From Adineta vaga (taxonomy: Eukaryota > Animalia > Rotifera), in the NCBI GenBank assembly GCA_021613535.1, contig CP075493.1, positions 1,178,001 through 1,242,000 of the forward strand: a stretch of DNA of 64,000 nucleotides. Reading direction: 5' to 3'. The notes below the pieces were generated by a model. It was not told the DNA's origin, searched no databases, and was given only the letters and a program-made list of their open reading frames with translations. How positions within the stretch are numbered: position 1 is the stretch's first letter; every line of letters begins with the position of its first letter. This document shows, in pieces, positions 36,618 to 50,176 of this stretch. The position numbers and the translations under genes are program-made.

Positions 36618-37798
36618 TTAACAAATCTGAAATACTGGATTGATATAAATCTTTTGTTCTGGTGCATATTGTTGAATACAACGATGAAAAGGTACATGTT
36701 CACATTGTGAATAGAACGCCCATGCACTTTCTTGATCATTTCCATTATATAAACAGAATCTATTCAGATATTTTCCATTATACAAAGCAGCACCACCAAA
36801 TGCTGATTCAACTTGTATTAAGGGAACATCACGTGGAATTGAAGGTTGATGAATTTTAACTAAACGATCAGATAAATATGATTGATCAATAAAGAATGAT
36901 GTTAATTCTTTGACTTTTTTCCAACAATCAAATGGTAAAATGATTGGAATACGTAATGCCCAAATATCGTAATATTCAGCTCGTTGTGTTGCTGTCATTG
37001 CTAACCATGATGAAGGAGAATAAATAAAATTTGAAAGAAAATCTTTAATGTCAAAAACATCTGATGTACCAACATCAACATCAACAACAAAATAATAATC
37101 AAATGATGACATTTCTTTTCGTGCTTCGATAAGAAGTGTATTTCGACATAAAGCTATACGATTAGTACCTATAAAGATAAAGATGATTTACTCGAATGAG
37201 AAAATAAAGTTTAATGTTCAATGTAAATAGACTCGTCAGTATTGTATCAAGGGTAGAGAATTTTATATGATTTCAGTATTTTCAACGATAACAAAAAAAT
37301 CGTTATGCAATCTTTGTTATAAAAGTTTATCTTACGTGAGATACGTTTCCATTGTTGATCTCCGTGTGTATAAACTCGAACATGAGTTGAATCATTACTT
37401 TTCCATTGATATAAATAATTTAATGTTTGATCATTTGAATCCGATTCTCCAAGATAAATACGATAGTTTCCGAATAATTTTGTAATTAATTGAATATTTC
37501 GTTTGAAACCGGGTAGAGCTTTTCTTACATTTCGACAACAAGCTGCAATCACAATTGTTGAATTGGATAAATTAACTTCATCAATCTTTATTAGAGGCGT
37601 GAGTGGAGGTGTCGTTCGAATTCGACTATCATTCCAGAAAGGTACAGTTGAAAATGGAAATGTATTAATGAAATAATTATATTTAATAATTGTTAAGATA
37701 ATATGAAGAATGAAAAGAATAAATAAAAGGTAAACAATAAGTATAGAAAAACGAATCAAACAAATCAGATTTATCGATCTACGACCACGAAGCCTCAT
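36618..37798 (-). CDS. Type II membrane glycosyltransferase, CAP59/GT69-like (GT-A fold)
   Basis: N-terminal TM helix; IVIAACCRN, ESDSNDQT, RTNRIALCRNTLL, DxD motif VVDVDV, YYDIWALR, VESAFGGAALY, CEHVPFH, IYINP; one intron at ~37335-37170. Confidence 0.75.
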
Positions 37799-38572
37799 GT
37801 TCGCAAATATATCATGTTGTACATCGACCTTTTCTTACCTTCGAAGCTTTCTTTTTTGTCCTTTTTCGTTTTCTCTCAATTTTCTGCTGTGAATATGTAT
37901 GCAATTATTTTTTTCAATAGATTGAATATTTGCCCTCACGATGATACAAACTACATATTTTTTCTTTCTGTTCTGTCATATCGTTTTTTATCACACCTAT
38001 CATTTGACGTACAACTGTTTTGCTTTCTCATAAAGAGAGTAAGGATCAATAAAAGCAGAGAGTATTAGAATAAGCATGTCAAATAGTTATCATTGTTAAC
38101 ATCGAGATATTAACCATTGATTAATAACATATGTGACATATTTTCTTTTGAGTACTCGCATGCAAACGAGAACGTGCCGAGATATCCCAAGGATGGGTGA
38201 CGCAACACTCTCGTTTGTTTAAATCTAGTACCACGAATTCTCTTTTTCGCTTTTATTGATCGCAAAAAACAAATAAAATTTTTTTTCTCAAGTAGAGGAG
38301 CGCATCTTATTTAAGATAAACATCACCTTGTTATGTTGTCTTTTATTTTCTCATCATAAACGAACAACAATCAAATGACAAAACAAATAAATTCCTTTTT
38401 TTTCTCTTAGCATGATTAAATATAAAGAAAAAAAATGAGACTTCTTCACTTCCAACTTGTACACTCGAAAAGACCAAGAAAGCAGGTTGATAGGGGTTAT
38501 ATAGGAAGAAGAAGAAACATACATAAGAAGATAGATAGATCAAATGAGACGATTCCGTTGATGATTGATTCA

Positions 38573-40736
38573 CTATTCTCGATTACCCAAAAGTGAAAGA
38601 ATATAAATAAAGATATAAACAACATCAATATAAAGCATCAATGCAGCGAAAACATGATCTTCAGCACTGATTTCATGTCGTTTTCCACCCATGATTAATT
38701 GAGTATCCACTGCCAAGAACTTGAAATAAGAAAGAAAGAAAGAATGAAATAAAGTTTTATTTTTCTTGTTATATAAATCTTTTCAAAACTTACAATTGAG
38801 AAAGCAACAGCTCCAAGACCAGCATAGATTTTAAACATCAGCTAAAAATAATACGATATTAATTGACGAAAATGACTTATTCAAAATCTTACTGCTGAAC
38901 GAACAAATATGCAAATAATTCCAAAACCAAGTAATGCCAATGAGATAACGAATATAACGCCCATGCATGATGTAAAATCAAACTTGGTTTGAAAAGAAAA
39001 TAATGTCACGCCCAAACAAACAAAAGCTGTAATACCAACAGCAATCAAAACCGAATCAATTTTATAAAATGCTGAAATCATTCCCATCTAAATAAATCTC
39101 TTTGAAAAATCTGTTTTTTCTTTTTCGGAATTATTCTCATACCATATAACCCATTGAAAGTGTCTAGAATAAAGTAAAAGAAATTAAATTAAATATCAAT
39201 TTGTCTTTCTTTTTTTACCAAAACTCCAAGTAAAATCATATTTGTTGGAAATCGTCGGCCAGCACTTCGACAACATGCTAATGCTATGTATGTTACGAGA
39301 AAAACAACGTATGATGCCCAATAAAGCCATTGACCTTCAGAACTTCGAACATATCCACGAATCGATGGTCTAAAAATAATTTAAATTCGAAAAAAATGCC
39401 TTTTTCCTAGAACATGAGATGAAACATACGTAAGATGAAGTAATGCAATGATACCAAATGTAACTGATAATTGGATCAGAAGAATTGCATAAACCTATTG
39501 GAAATAATGAGAGAACAAAATAGATAAAATCGAGAAGAATTTAACAAACCTTTCGAATAAAAACGCGACGAATTTCTTTGCTTTCAAGACCATTGAAATT
39601 TCCCCATTCACCTGTACCATGTTCATCATCTATATTAGAAAAAAAAATGATCAAAATCAAATTCATAATTCTTTGTATTGGCAAAGCAATAGAAATAAGA
39701 AATCGTGCAAGTTAGAATTTAATCTATATTCTTTTGAACAAAGACCAGTGATATGAAATTTAATATATCTGCAGATATCTTTTCGTAAGGTTACAGAACA
39801 AAATGCGACCCATATAGGATGAAGAGCGTTAGCAACAATATGTACACTGAACATAGTGCTGATACTTACCATAGTCATCTAAATAATAGGATTTAGAAAA
39901 ATTGAAATTTTTTTATCAACAAATAACAATGAATCTATAGACTTTCGATTGAATCAATCAACACTATATTCAGCGGCGAAGTTCATCCATAGAAACCTTT
40001 CTAGCAACTTATAGCTGATATCGATAAACATACTCTCTAAAAAATTTTCTTCACACTCCTTCTTTGTTGTAGTCATTGTACCAATTGAGTCTTTTTCTGC
40101 AAAATTGAATGAGTTTTTGATTTAATCTGTCTCTTAAAATGCTCGATTAGAGTATGATATGGTTATTTTTGTAATCCACCCGTACATTGAAAAGAAAAGC
40201 AAATCATACTAACCTTTGGGAAAATCTGGACGTGGTAAAATAGGTGGTAATGGCGGTTGAATGGGCATTTGATTTTGACCATAACCATCAGCTGTATTAA
40301 AAAATAATAATAATACAAGCAATTAATTTCAAAGTGGAACATACATGGTGGAGGTACATATCCAACTGGTTGTTGAGGTGGAAACCCTCCATATTGTTGA
40401 GGTGGATAAGGAGCATAACCACCCTGTTGGGAATAAGGATTATTATTGTAGTAATTTTGACTGGATTCATTGATTCTATAAATAGTTCGTTGTTTTTCTT
40501 TTAATATTGAAGAAAACAATACTGAATTAAACTTACCCAATTTATCTGTTTTCTGACAAAAGAAGATATTTTTTTAAAAGTGATCTAAAATAGAGTTTAA
40601 ATAAAAAAAGAATATTTTTTAACGAAATACACTTGTTTATGTTTAATAGAATCATCATTTTGTTTTGTTCTTCTTGTTCTTTCCTATTTGTATAAATAAG
40701 TGAGTAAGAAGGAGGAAGATCAGACAAATGTTTCAT
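38573..40736 (-). CDS. Lifeguard/TMBIM (Bax inhibitor-1 family, GRINA/FAIM2-like)
   Basis: Pro/Gly/Tyr/Gln-rich N-terminus, EIRRVFIRKVYAILLIQL, RRFPTNMILL, VTLFSFQTKFDFT, LAVDTQLIMGGKRHEISAEDHVFAALMLYIDVVYIF. Start exon uncertain. Confidence 0.9.
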
Positions 40737-42150
40737 GGATGTTCTTTATTATGAATAAAATATCTTATTAGTCAATCATGAATCATCTTTATTTTGGACA
40801 ATATGCAATTTCATTGATTTGAAAGTGAAAATAAATTTAATTAATTATAAAATAAATATATTTTTCTTTCAAAGTTAAAACCTGACATCTATCTTATTTT
40901 TTGTGTTAGAGGCTTATCTGCTTCTTTATGGTTTCTATAGGTCTTTTGTTGTGTTCAACGTATCTATATATTTGACAAAAAGCACTCCTCATAGTCATTG
41001 CTTTTGATGGATAAAAATGTAGACTTGCTTACTCATAAATATAATTTGTAAGCAGAGTCATATATGTGCAGAAGTTTGAATTATGATGAATGTTAACCAA
41101 AATAAAACTATTTCTATTGTTATACGAAAACATTTTGTGTGAAGTATAATCGCATATAGATAAAAGAAAATCTATTCCTGAGGTGGGTGGGTGATCATGC
41201 CGAAAATGGTAATGAATATAATTAGAAATTCTATTGAAAAAAAAAGCAAATAAACGAGTGAATCATCAAAGTTTGAGATGCTACTGAAATAGACAACTAT
41301 ATTTCTTTGCTCTATAATTCTATAATAAAATAAAGATCTGTATGAAGAACTTATTTTGATCAAAATATATTTGTTCATCTTTAGTTAGTTCATATAAATA
41401 ATTGAAAAATATTCATTCTGACATCAATATGAAGTGAATTTCAGTACAATAAATATAATCCAAAAGAGAAACAACTTTTTGTTCAATTGTCTACACGACT
41501 TCTGGCGCCCTCGTCATCTACAATTTCCATTCGATCAAAGCCTTTGCGAATGTATTTTAATTAATCCGGTATGAATGCACAGCATGTATGTTATGTAGTG
41601 TAGTACAACACGAGTTTTCTTTCTTTTTAATACAGTGCGACTTTAGAAGCATCGTTTTATTGAGTTTTTTCGTGTCTATCTATTATTATTACTGTTTCTA
41701 GACAGACGTCTAAGCTTCATAGTTTCTGACGCGATGATCTCAATAATGGTAAATGAGAAAAAAAATAATTCGAACGCTAAAAATGAAATATTGAAACTGA
41801 ACTAAGTAAAACTTTTGCTTCTAAATTCATTTATGAAATTCCATTCGTATAGTTTACGTTAATCAGAAAGAGAATTTTTACTTAGAATTTTCCTAAGATA
41901 AATAAAACGAATATTGAAGCAAAACTTAGGTATCATCTTGGTTCAATGAATGTTTGAGAAGAAATCCAAAACTGGAACGATGTTGTTATACATTGTATAG
42001 CTTGAATAGTTTCAAATCATGACATACTGTACATTCGCACTGCATTTCGCATACGAGTATCAAACTCGTGTACTATCTAGTTTTTTCACATGGCTTTAAA
42101 TTTATTTAGTATTTTTATTTTCTTCAAGTAAAAATCATTTTTCTAGAACA

Positions 42151-42843
42151 ATGATAACTCAAACAGAAGCTACTGCAACAGTTTCGACACCAACAACAGG
42201 ATCAACAACTGATATGACTTTTACATTTGCATCGCCAGCAGAAGTAATCTCCTAAGAAAAATCAATGTTCAACTAGTTTTCTTTTATTTCATGAAGATTT
42301 TCTATAATCAATCAAAGAACATTCGTCAAGTTGATGTTCCAGCAATAAGTGGAAATATGAGCATTCTTGGTATGTAAAATAGAAGGAAATAAAGTCAAAA
42401 CTAATCTTTTTCTATACTAGCTGATCATGTTCCTATTCTTGGTGTATTGAAACCTGGTGTTGTAACAGTTTTTGAATCTGATGGAAATACAAAACGTTTT
42501 TTTGGTATATTGAAAATATCATTATTTAAAGTATCGATTTCATCTTTTTCTTCTTTCTAGTAAGCAGTGGTTCAATAGCTGTTCATCCTGATTCCAGTGT
42601 TCAATTATTATCTGAAGAAGCAGCTTCTATTGAAAATCTTGATCCAACAGTAAATAAAAGTTTTTATTGTTTTTTTTCTTCAAATATAAATATTTCATTT
42701 ATTCATAGGCATGTCAAGATGCATTATCAAATTCAAAGCGTCGATTAGAATCTGCAAAAGATGATAAAGAAAAAGCTGAAGCTCAAATTGAAATTGATTG
42801 TGCTGAAGCTGCTCTAAAAGCATCTTCTGGTGTTTTTCAATAG
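42151..42843 (+). CDS. ATP5F1D: Mitochondrial ATP synthase F1 subunit delta
   Basis: MTFTFASPAE|IFYNQSKNIRQVDVPAISGNMSILA|DHVPILGVLKPGVVTVFE..FF|VSSGSIAVHPDSSVQLLSEEA..|..KAEAQIEIDCAEA; 5' end uncertain. Confidence 0.92.
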
Positions 42844-43338
42844 GTTTATTGGAAGAAAAAGCCATCTAGTTTCACTAATTTGTTTCTTTGTTATTTGATT
42901 TTCTATTAAAAAATAAGATTTGTCTTCGCATATCGATTCATTGATCAGAAAAACACTTCAATTGTGTTTCACGGTGACGTTTGACATTAACATATGCGTT
43001 GCTTCATAAAATAACCTTTCTTTAAATAGAAATCGAGATATAGTTTGAAATATTTCATTATAACATCAATAAATGATTATATGACTTGATGTTTATCGTT
43101 AATGTCGACATAGAAAAAAAACATTCTTCATCATTTTGCTCCAACTATTTGTATGAAAACAATTTCATTGGTTAGAATGGACTTGAGATATCATTCAATA
43201 GTATTCTTTTGTTCTATCAATGATAAAATTTTGTTATTGAATCGATTAACTTTCCAAAAGAAAAATCTATTTATATACTTTACTTTTCAGATTTAAAACG
43301 AAAATCTCTTTATGATAAAATAACATTTCTTTTGTCAA

Positions 43339-46300
43339 ATGTCATCAATATTTTCAAATTTATGTAATCAAATTGCTACTGTATCAATTTTCTCATCACC
43401 ATATGATGCACCAACTAAACCTCTGAGTAATTTATTGAATGAACTAACGCACAGTGTAGCAATACATTCCAAGTCGGATATTGAAGATGAAACAATAATT
43501 TATGGGTAAATTGAAGTGAATTTTTCAAAGATCTATATTGAAGAATTTGATTTAGATTACAAATTCTTCTATTGAGTGATGTTGAACGTGTTCGTGCTGC
43601 ATCGATTCGTGCACTTCGCTATTCGATTCATCGTGAAATAATTCTTGAGAAATTTCTTCAATATCGTTTAGATTATCTTATTTGTCGGTAAGATAACAGG
43701 AGAAAAAAAACACAAAAAAAATTCTTATTATCTTCCTTGTTTATTAAGTTCATTGACACTTGATCAAAGAAATGCTCGTGAACGTTTAGAATCTTACAAA
43801 TTGATTCGTCGTTTTCTTCATCTATATCCCAAACACATTCCACATTCATTTGTTTATGTACTTGATTCAGTTGTATCATCAAACTTATCGACAACAAATA
43901 AATCAGATCAAATGGTAAAACTTTCTTTAGAATTATTATGTGAAATTGGTAAATAATTGAATTGAATTTTTCAAAATCTTTTTTCTTTTGTTTTTCATTG
44001 TAGCTCTACATAATCCTCTTCTATTACAAGAATGTCATGTAATTAATAGTATGTTAAAGTTTGTTGTGGATTTTGAACAAGATGAATTAATTGAAAGTGT
44101 CATTTATGCTTTATTACATTCCATTGAACGTTTTACCATTAATGATAACAGTGAACCAACAATTGTAGATTCAAATGATCCAAATGGTCCATCATGGATT
44201 TTGGTTGATGAAGGAATGAGACAACGACATGATTTTATTAGAAATATGTTTTCGGTAAAGATCTACGATTTTCGTCATTCATCTTAAATTTCAAACGAGA
44301 AATATAAAATCTTTGATCATCATTTAGAACAGTTATGAACTGTTCGAAAATCATACATATATATATATATATATAGTACTTGTATCTTCATGCAATGTTA
44401 TTTTGTTTTGTTATTATAGCAATTGGTTGCCGTATTTCCATTATGTGAAAAAGGAAATATGAGAAGTACAGATCGTCGTGGAATGACACCGGCTGCGTAA
44501 GAAAATCAATGAAAATTGCTTTTTAATTTTATTGATTTGAAAATATTCAATTAGATATAATAATTTATCAATAAAAGAAGTTGATAAAATGAAAACATTG
44601 AAATCATGTACAACAGCATTAATGACAATTCTACGTAGTTGGATTGGTTTTACAGCATTTTGTCAATCAAAAAATTCGTCAATTCGTTTACTTGTTAATT
44701 CCTTAATCGCTCAATCAGAGCCAATGAAAGTATGTTCAATAAATCTTTCTTTTTTTCAAACAAAACCATCAAACTTTTGCTTTTAGATGACAATTCTTGA
44801 TCTTTTATATGATTTACTCAATCTTGATACACCAGCTCCATGCGATAGTTATGAAGCAGCACTTCAATCTATATGTAATTCTAAAAAAAATATTTCTTTT
44901 CAAAATATTCATGTTTGTTTTTCATTTAGATCCTATCTGGAATTTAACAACAGTCGAAGAAGGTTATACTTATGTAGCTAGTGAAGGTGCAGCAAAATTA
45001 CCTCGAATATCATCAACGAGGTCAATTGAAAATATTCAGCAACAAAAACAAATTGTATTTTCCTTTTCTTTTCCAGACCAGATTTACTTGATAGTCATAT
45101 GGCATTGATGCTTCTTACTTTCATTGATACCGGTTTTCTTGAAGTAAATTCATTCGTTGTGTTGTTCTCTTTATTGTATTGATTGATTTATTTATTCATT
45201 TAGGCGATTACAGAAATTGCTTCATGTGATAATACAATATTATCAATTCGTGCGACACTTCTTCTCGCAAATTTTATTTGGCTGGTAAGAAGAACAAATT
45301 GAATTTAGTTAAACAGATTTGAGAAGAAAAAAAACATAGCCTATTATTTTTTTTCCTTTCGTTAAACAATCATATCAATGTATATTTTAGTGTAATGAAC
45401 ATTTACCTGAAGAACAAAGTTTCCTCTTATTACCTCTTCTCATGGACATTGCCATTGCCGATGATAATAGTCTTAAACGAAGGTATGATATTATTTTTTT
45501 GTTTGTTTGTAAAATCTACTCATATAACAAATTGTTTTTGTTTAATACAGTTTTGCTAAAGAAGCAATGCTTCATATTAATACATTTTTTGAATTTAATA
45601 AACGAACACGTTATAGTCATTCATTTCAATTAGCACAATTAATTTATCATTCTCAACATTTAAATGATTATTTTACTTTACCACAAAATCTTATTGTAGA
45701 ATCAACACGAAAAAAGTCATTGGGAAGTACAGATGATCCTGTAAGTATCTTCTATGAATTAGTTTTCAAGTACGTGTCTATTTGATCTTTAGTTAGCTGC
45801 AGAAAGAATTGATAATTTAATTGGTGATACAAATACACTGCAGAAAGATGATTATAAAAAATGGAATTGGGATCTTATTTTAGCTTTATTAAAAGTAAGA
45901 TTTGATTTGAAGAAATTTCTATTGTATTTCAATCGGGAGATTTTCTTAGGATTTTCCGAAAATTTCCAAGCAGATTCATGGTGATCTTTACGAACGGTAA
46001 ATTGTGTTTTTTGGTTTTCATATTGGAAATACTAAATCTTGTGTTTTTTCTCTGATGAAGATTTTTAGATAAACTTCACGATTTTTTCAAACCGGATCAA
46101 CGCGGTGGTTTTTGTAAGATTGAATTAAATGATTCTTTATCAAATGTAACTTGTCGAAGTTTAATTGCATTTGGTGATCTTCTTATTTATCCATCACGAA
46201 TATCATCAAATCATATAAAGGTATTGATAATTTGACTCATCAAAATCTTTTCATTGCATTTTCTTCTATAGCATATTGCAAGTAATATTGCTCGAGCTTT

Positions 46301-49300
46301 GTTAATAAGTATAAGTAATGCATTGAAACAAGTGAGAGAGATTTATTTCGTTTCTTCTTGAAAATATCATTTTGCAATTTAATTTTTCCAGTCAATACTT
46401 TCAATGAAAGAAGGAATTGGACAAGCGATTCTTATGGAACATGATTTATTATCGAAAAATAGTGTTTATTATTATTTATTTATTGGACGATTGAGTAAAA
46501 CATCGTTTGGAGCCGAAGTTTTAGCAGAGACAGAGATTTTTGTTCGGTAAATTGAATTCTTCCTCTGTTTGATGATTTTGAGCAAACATTTTTTCTTCAT
46601 TAAAGATTATTAGAAATGTTAAAAATGGATGATGATTTTGCTACATCCGCAATTGTAGCTTTATCATCATTGAACTATTATTACGATGGACCATGTAGAC
46701 AGTTTCTTGCTCAAGCACTTAAATCACCTTGTACGGTAAGTGGAAAACATTTGTTTCTCTTATACGATCGAAGAAAATCTTCATATTTTCCTATGATATT
46801 CTTTAGGCACTTCGTTTATATAGTACAAGTCTTCTTCGTGTTATACTTCGTTGTAATCCAGTTGCATTTGGTCAATGGGGTTTGAATCTATTAATTTCTC
46901 AACTACATGATTCAGATCAAAGTATCGTTATTGAAACTGTTTCTGTACTTGATGAAGCACTTGAAGATAAAGTAATTGATTTAAAAAACAAATTTCAATG
47001 AAATACTTATTGTTCTATTTAATTGAATAGAGATTAGTCTATTTATTTCATAAACAATGGGATGCATTAGAAGTCTTAAAGTGTAAAAGTGCTTTTTTAA
47101 ATAATATTTATCATTTATTATCTGCACGTTTTTCTTCAATACCATTTAATCAAGTTCAATTTAATGAAAAACATCTATCGAAAATTCGTGAAGAACTTTA
47201 TTATTGGGATCATGTATATAATAGTGAATATGTTATTTATATGGAGACAAGATTATTTAGTGCATATTCTGGTGGTGCTTTATTAACTGATGATTATTTT
47301 GAACGACGAAAAACTCCATCAAATGGAGTTAAATTTAAACGAAAACGAACTTGTGTTCATGTTTCATCACATATCTATCGACAATTATGTTTACATAATG
47401 ATGGATTTGATTTATTATGTACTCATTCACGTTTAGAAGAATATGCAACAGAATTAAAACAACATCCAACAAATTGTATTAATTTAGATGAAACACGAGC
47501 AATTAAAGAAGCTTTATGGGCATTAGCTCATACAGCAAGTACTGAAAATGGTTATACTTGGTTTATGAACAAAGATTTATTAGCAGATTTTTTAAGATTT
47601 GCAGAAGAAAGTCAAAATTTATCTGTGAGAGGGTAAATACATATTTTCTATTTCTTGATGAATATATCTTTTCATTCAATATTACAGAACGGCATTCTAT
47701 GGTTTAAGTTTAATTGCGCAAACTCCTGATGGTGCTATGTCTTTAAAAGATTTTGGTTGGGAAACATATCGTGTTCGTGCTCATTCTATTCCAACATCCG
47801 TAGCAAATACTGATACTTATCACTGTGCTGAAAGACGTTTAACAAAAATTGGTACAATATCATCAATGCCAAAAACTTTTACACAACAAAAAAGTACAAT
47901 ATCAACTGATAATTTAACTAAACGAGATACGAATGAACCAAGTACAGCTGATATTCATGGAAGATTTCGATTTGTACAAACACAAGATTCTATTGTACCT
48001 GATATAAAAGCCAAACGATCATTAACAATGCCTTCATCAATTCTATTAAATACAAATGAGAAATCTGATATTCGTCATGGTAAAACAAAGTTTTTGTCAC
48101 AATGAATTTCTACTTCGAATTTGATTTTTTCTTTACAATTTTAGTTGCCATTGCCGAAGAAGGTGGATCACCAACAGAAAGAACTCTAACAGCAACTGTA
48201 TCTTTTCTTGATGGCATTGGACCAGGTGATGGTCCACTTCAAGTTACTGTTCCTATTCGTCGTTCAAGTATATCGAAAGAATTCGCTAATCTTTCGATTC
48301 AAAATGATTTAAATCTAACAAGTGGACGAACGAATTCATTTTCCGAAATAGATACTACTCGTTCATCACCCTTTGTACCTAATGCTTATAATACTCAACA
48401 ATCATCAGTAACAGTTCAATCAACAACCGATAGTTTACCATTAGAACGTCTTCGTCCTCGTTCCAAATCAGCTCATCAATCGAATGCATTACGACGTTCG
48501 AAACAATTACAAAAAGTTCCTGAAGTTATTCAAGCTCTACGCGCACCAACTGCAACAAATGGAGGACGAGCTGAATCATCAGCAACGGAAGAACTCTATC
48601 GATCACGTTTATTACGATGTAATTTTCTTTTAAAACCAGATGCAGCTGGTTATGAATATGCAAGACGTGTTCAAGAAATTAGTCATGCAATCTATACACA
48701 TTTAGCAAATCCAAATAATGATTATCGAAAAGATTCCGATACAGATTATATATCATTTATTGCAAAAAAAGATGAATTTGTATCACCGTTTAATACATAT
48801 CGATCGAAATTCTATAAGAAAATGTATGAACCACATAATATTCAAAGTCAACAAATTGAAAAATTTACAACTGATGATGGGTAGGAATTGTTTTCGGTAC
48901 ATTCATTTATTAATTTAACTGGATTTTGTTTTTTTTAGAAAATTTTCGTTGGAACAACGAGATTTAGATGATGCAGATGAAGATGGAAATACAATCTATC
49001 GAGGTCTTGCTGTTCCAGTTGATATTCGACAAGTTGTCGAAGTAGTTTTTCTTTTTTATTTATTCAATCATTTTTGTTTTTCTTATTATTAATCTATCAA
49101 GATATCTGATGGTTATAATTTAAATTATGAAACATGGTCTGATCTTGTTCGTTCACGTTCACGGGGCAATACCAATGCTGATCAAGTACGTACACGTAGT
49201 GCAACGAATGCATCAAATAGTTCGGGAGGTAATTTTATATCTATTTCCTTAAGACAAATCGTTCGTTTGCTATCGAAACAGAGTTTGCACCCGTAACATC

Positions 49301-49833
49301 TCCACCTCCTTCCAATTTATTACCTGATCAACCAATTCCAGCAACATTAACTCTTTCACCAAATACATCTTCAACATCTTCATCGTCATCCATCAATATA
49401 TGCATGATGTGTAGTGGTCTATCTCATGAAGATCCGAAAATATCAATGCAAAAAGATTTTATACTGATAAAATCTTTGTCCAGTCGTCTGATTGTTAGTA
49501 TTCATGCTGATGAAATAGAAAAACGATTATTAAGGTAAACGAATCGAAATAATTTCATGGTAAAAATGTATTTGATTTCATTGAGTATTGTTTTAGTTTA
49601 AAAGAAAGTAATCCACATGTATTTGATAATATTTGTTTATATTCTGAAGTTTGTTATATCTTATCGTTGAGTAATGTTCGAATAGCTGCTCAACGTTTTC
49701 TTCATGATTTGTTTTCTGACTGTCAATTTCAAAAAGTAAAGAAAAACAAAGTTTGTATTTCGTTTTATTTCTTTTGTTCTAGTTACGAAAACGTCGACGT
49801 CAAGTAGAAAGTTTACCAGAAGAAGAGGAGTAA
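43339..49833 (+). CDS. RICTOR: Rapamycin-insensitive companion of mTOR (mTORC2 subunit)
   Basis: LLLSDVERVRAASIRALRY..RLDYLICRSL..ERLESYKLIRR, KWNWDLILALLK, YYLFIGRLS, SLNYYYDG, IKEALWALAH, LSVRGTAFYGLSLIA, HVFDNICLYSEVCYILS..QRFLHDLF; more than 20 short introns. Confidence 0.92.
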
Positions 49834-50176
49834 TTACTAGATTTATCCATGAAACGATTTAAACTAATCAATGATAATCCCATCCGGTGCCAATTGATCT
49901 TTCTCAAATAAGAAAAAAAAATCCAAATATTATTATTTGTTTTCGTTTTTTTTTTGAAAGTGATTTCTATTTTTCCTTATCGATATATTTATTGAATATA
50001 ACAAAATAAGATATTTAGTTTGTTTTCTTTTTCGTCAACATAGTTCATAATTATGTTTATTGACAAAGCAGAATGAAGTAAAATTGATTTATTCTTCTTT
50101 TAAAATGAAATGAAAGCGTTAAAAAAAAAGAAGTAGAAAAATATCAAAAAAAATTCATTTAGAAAAACAAATTCAA

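Noticed and set aside
38152-38220. U6 snRNA-like similarity (caaggatg..acgcaa)
   Set aside because: Lacks the ACAGAGA box and the AGC triad context; too short.
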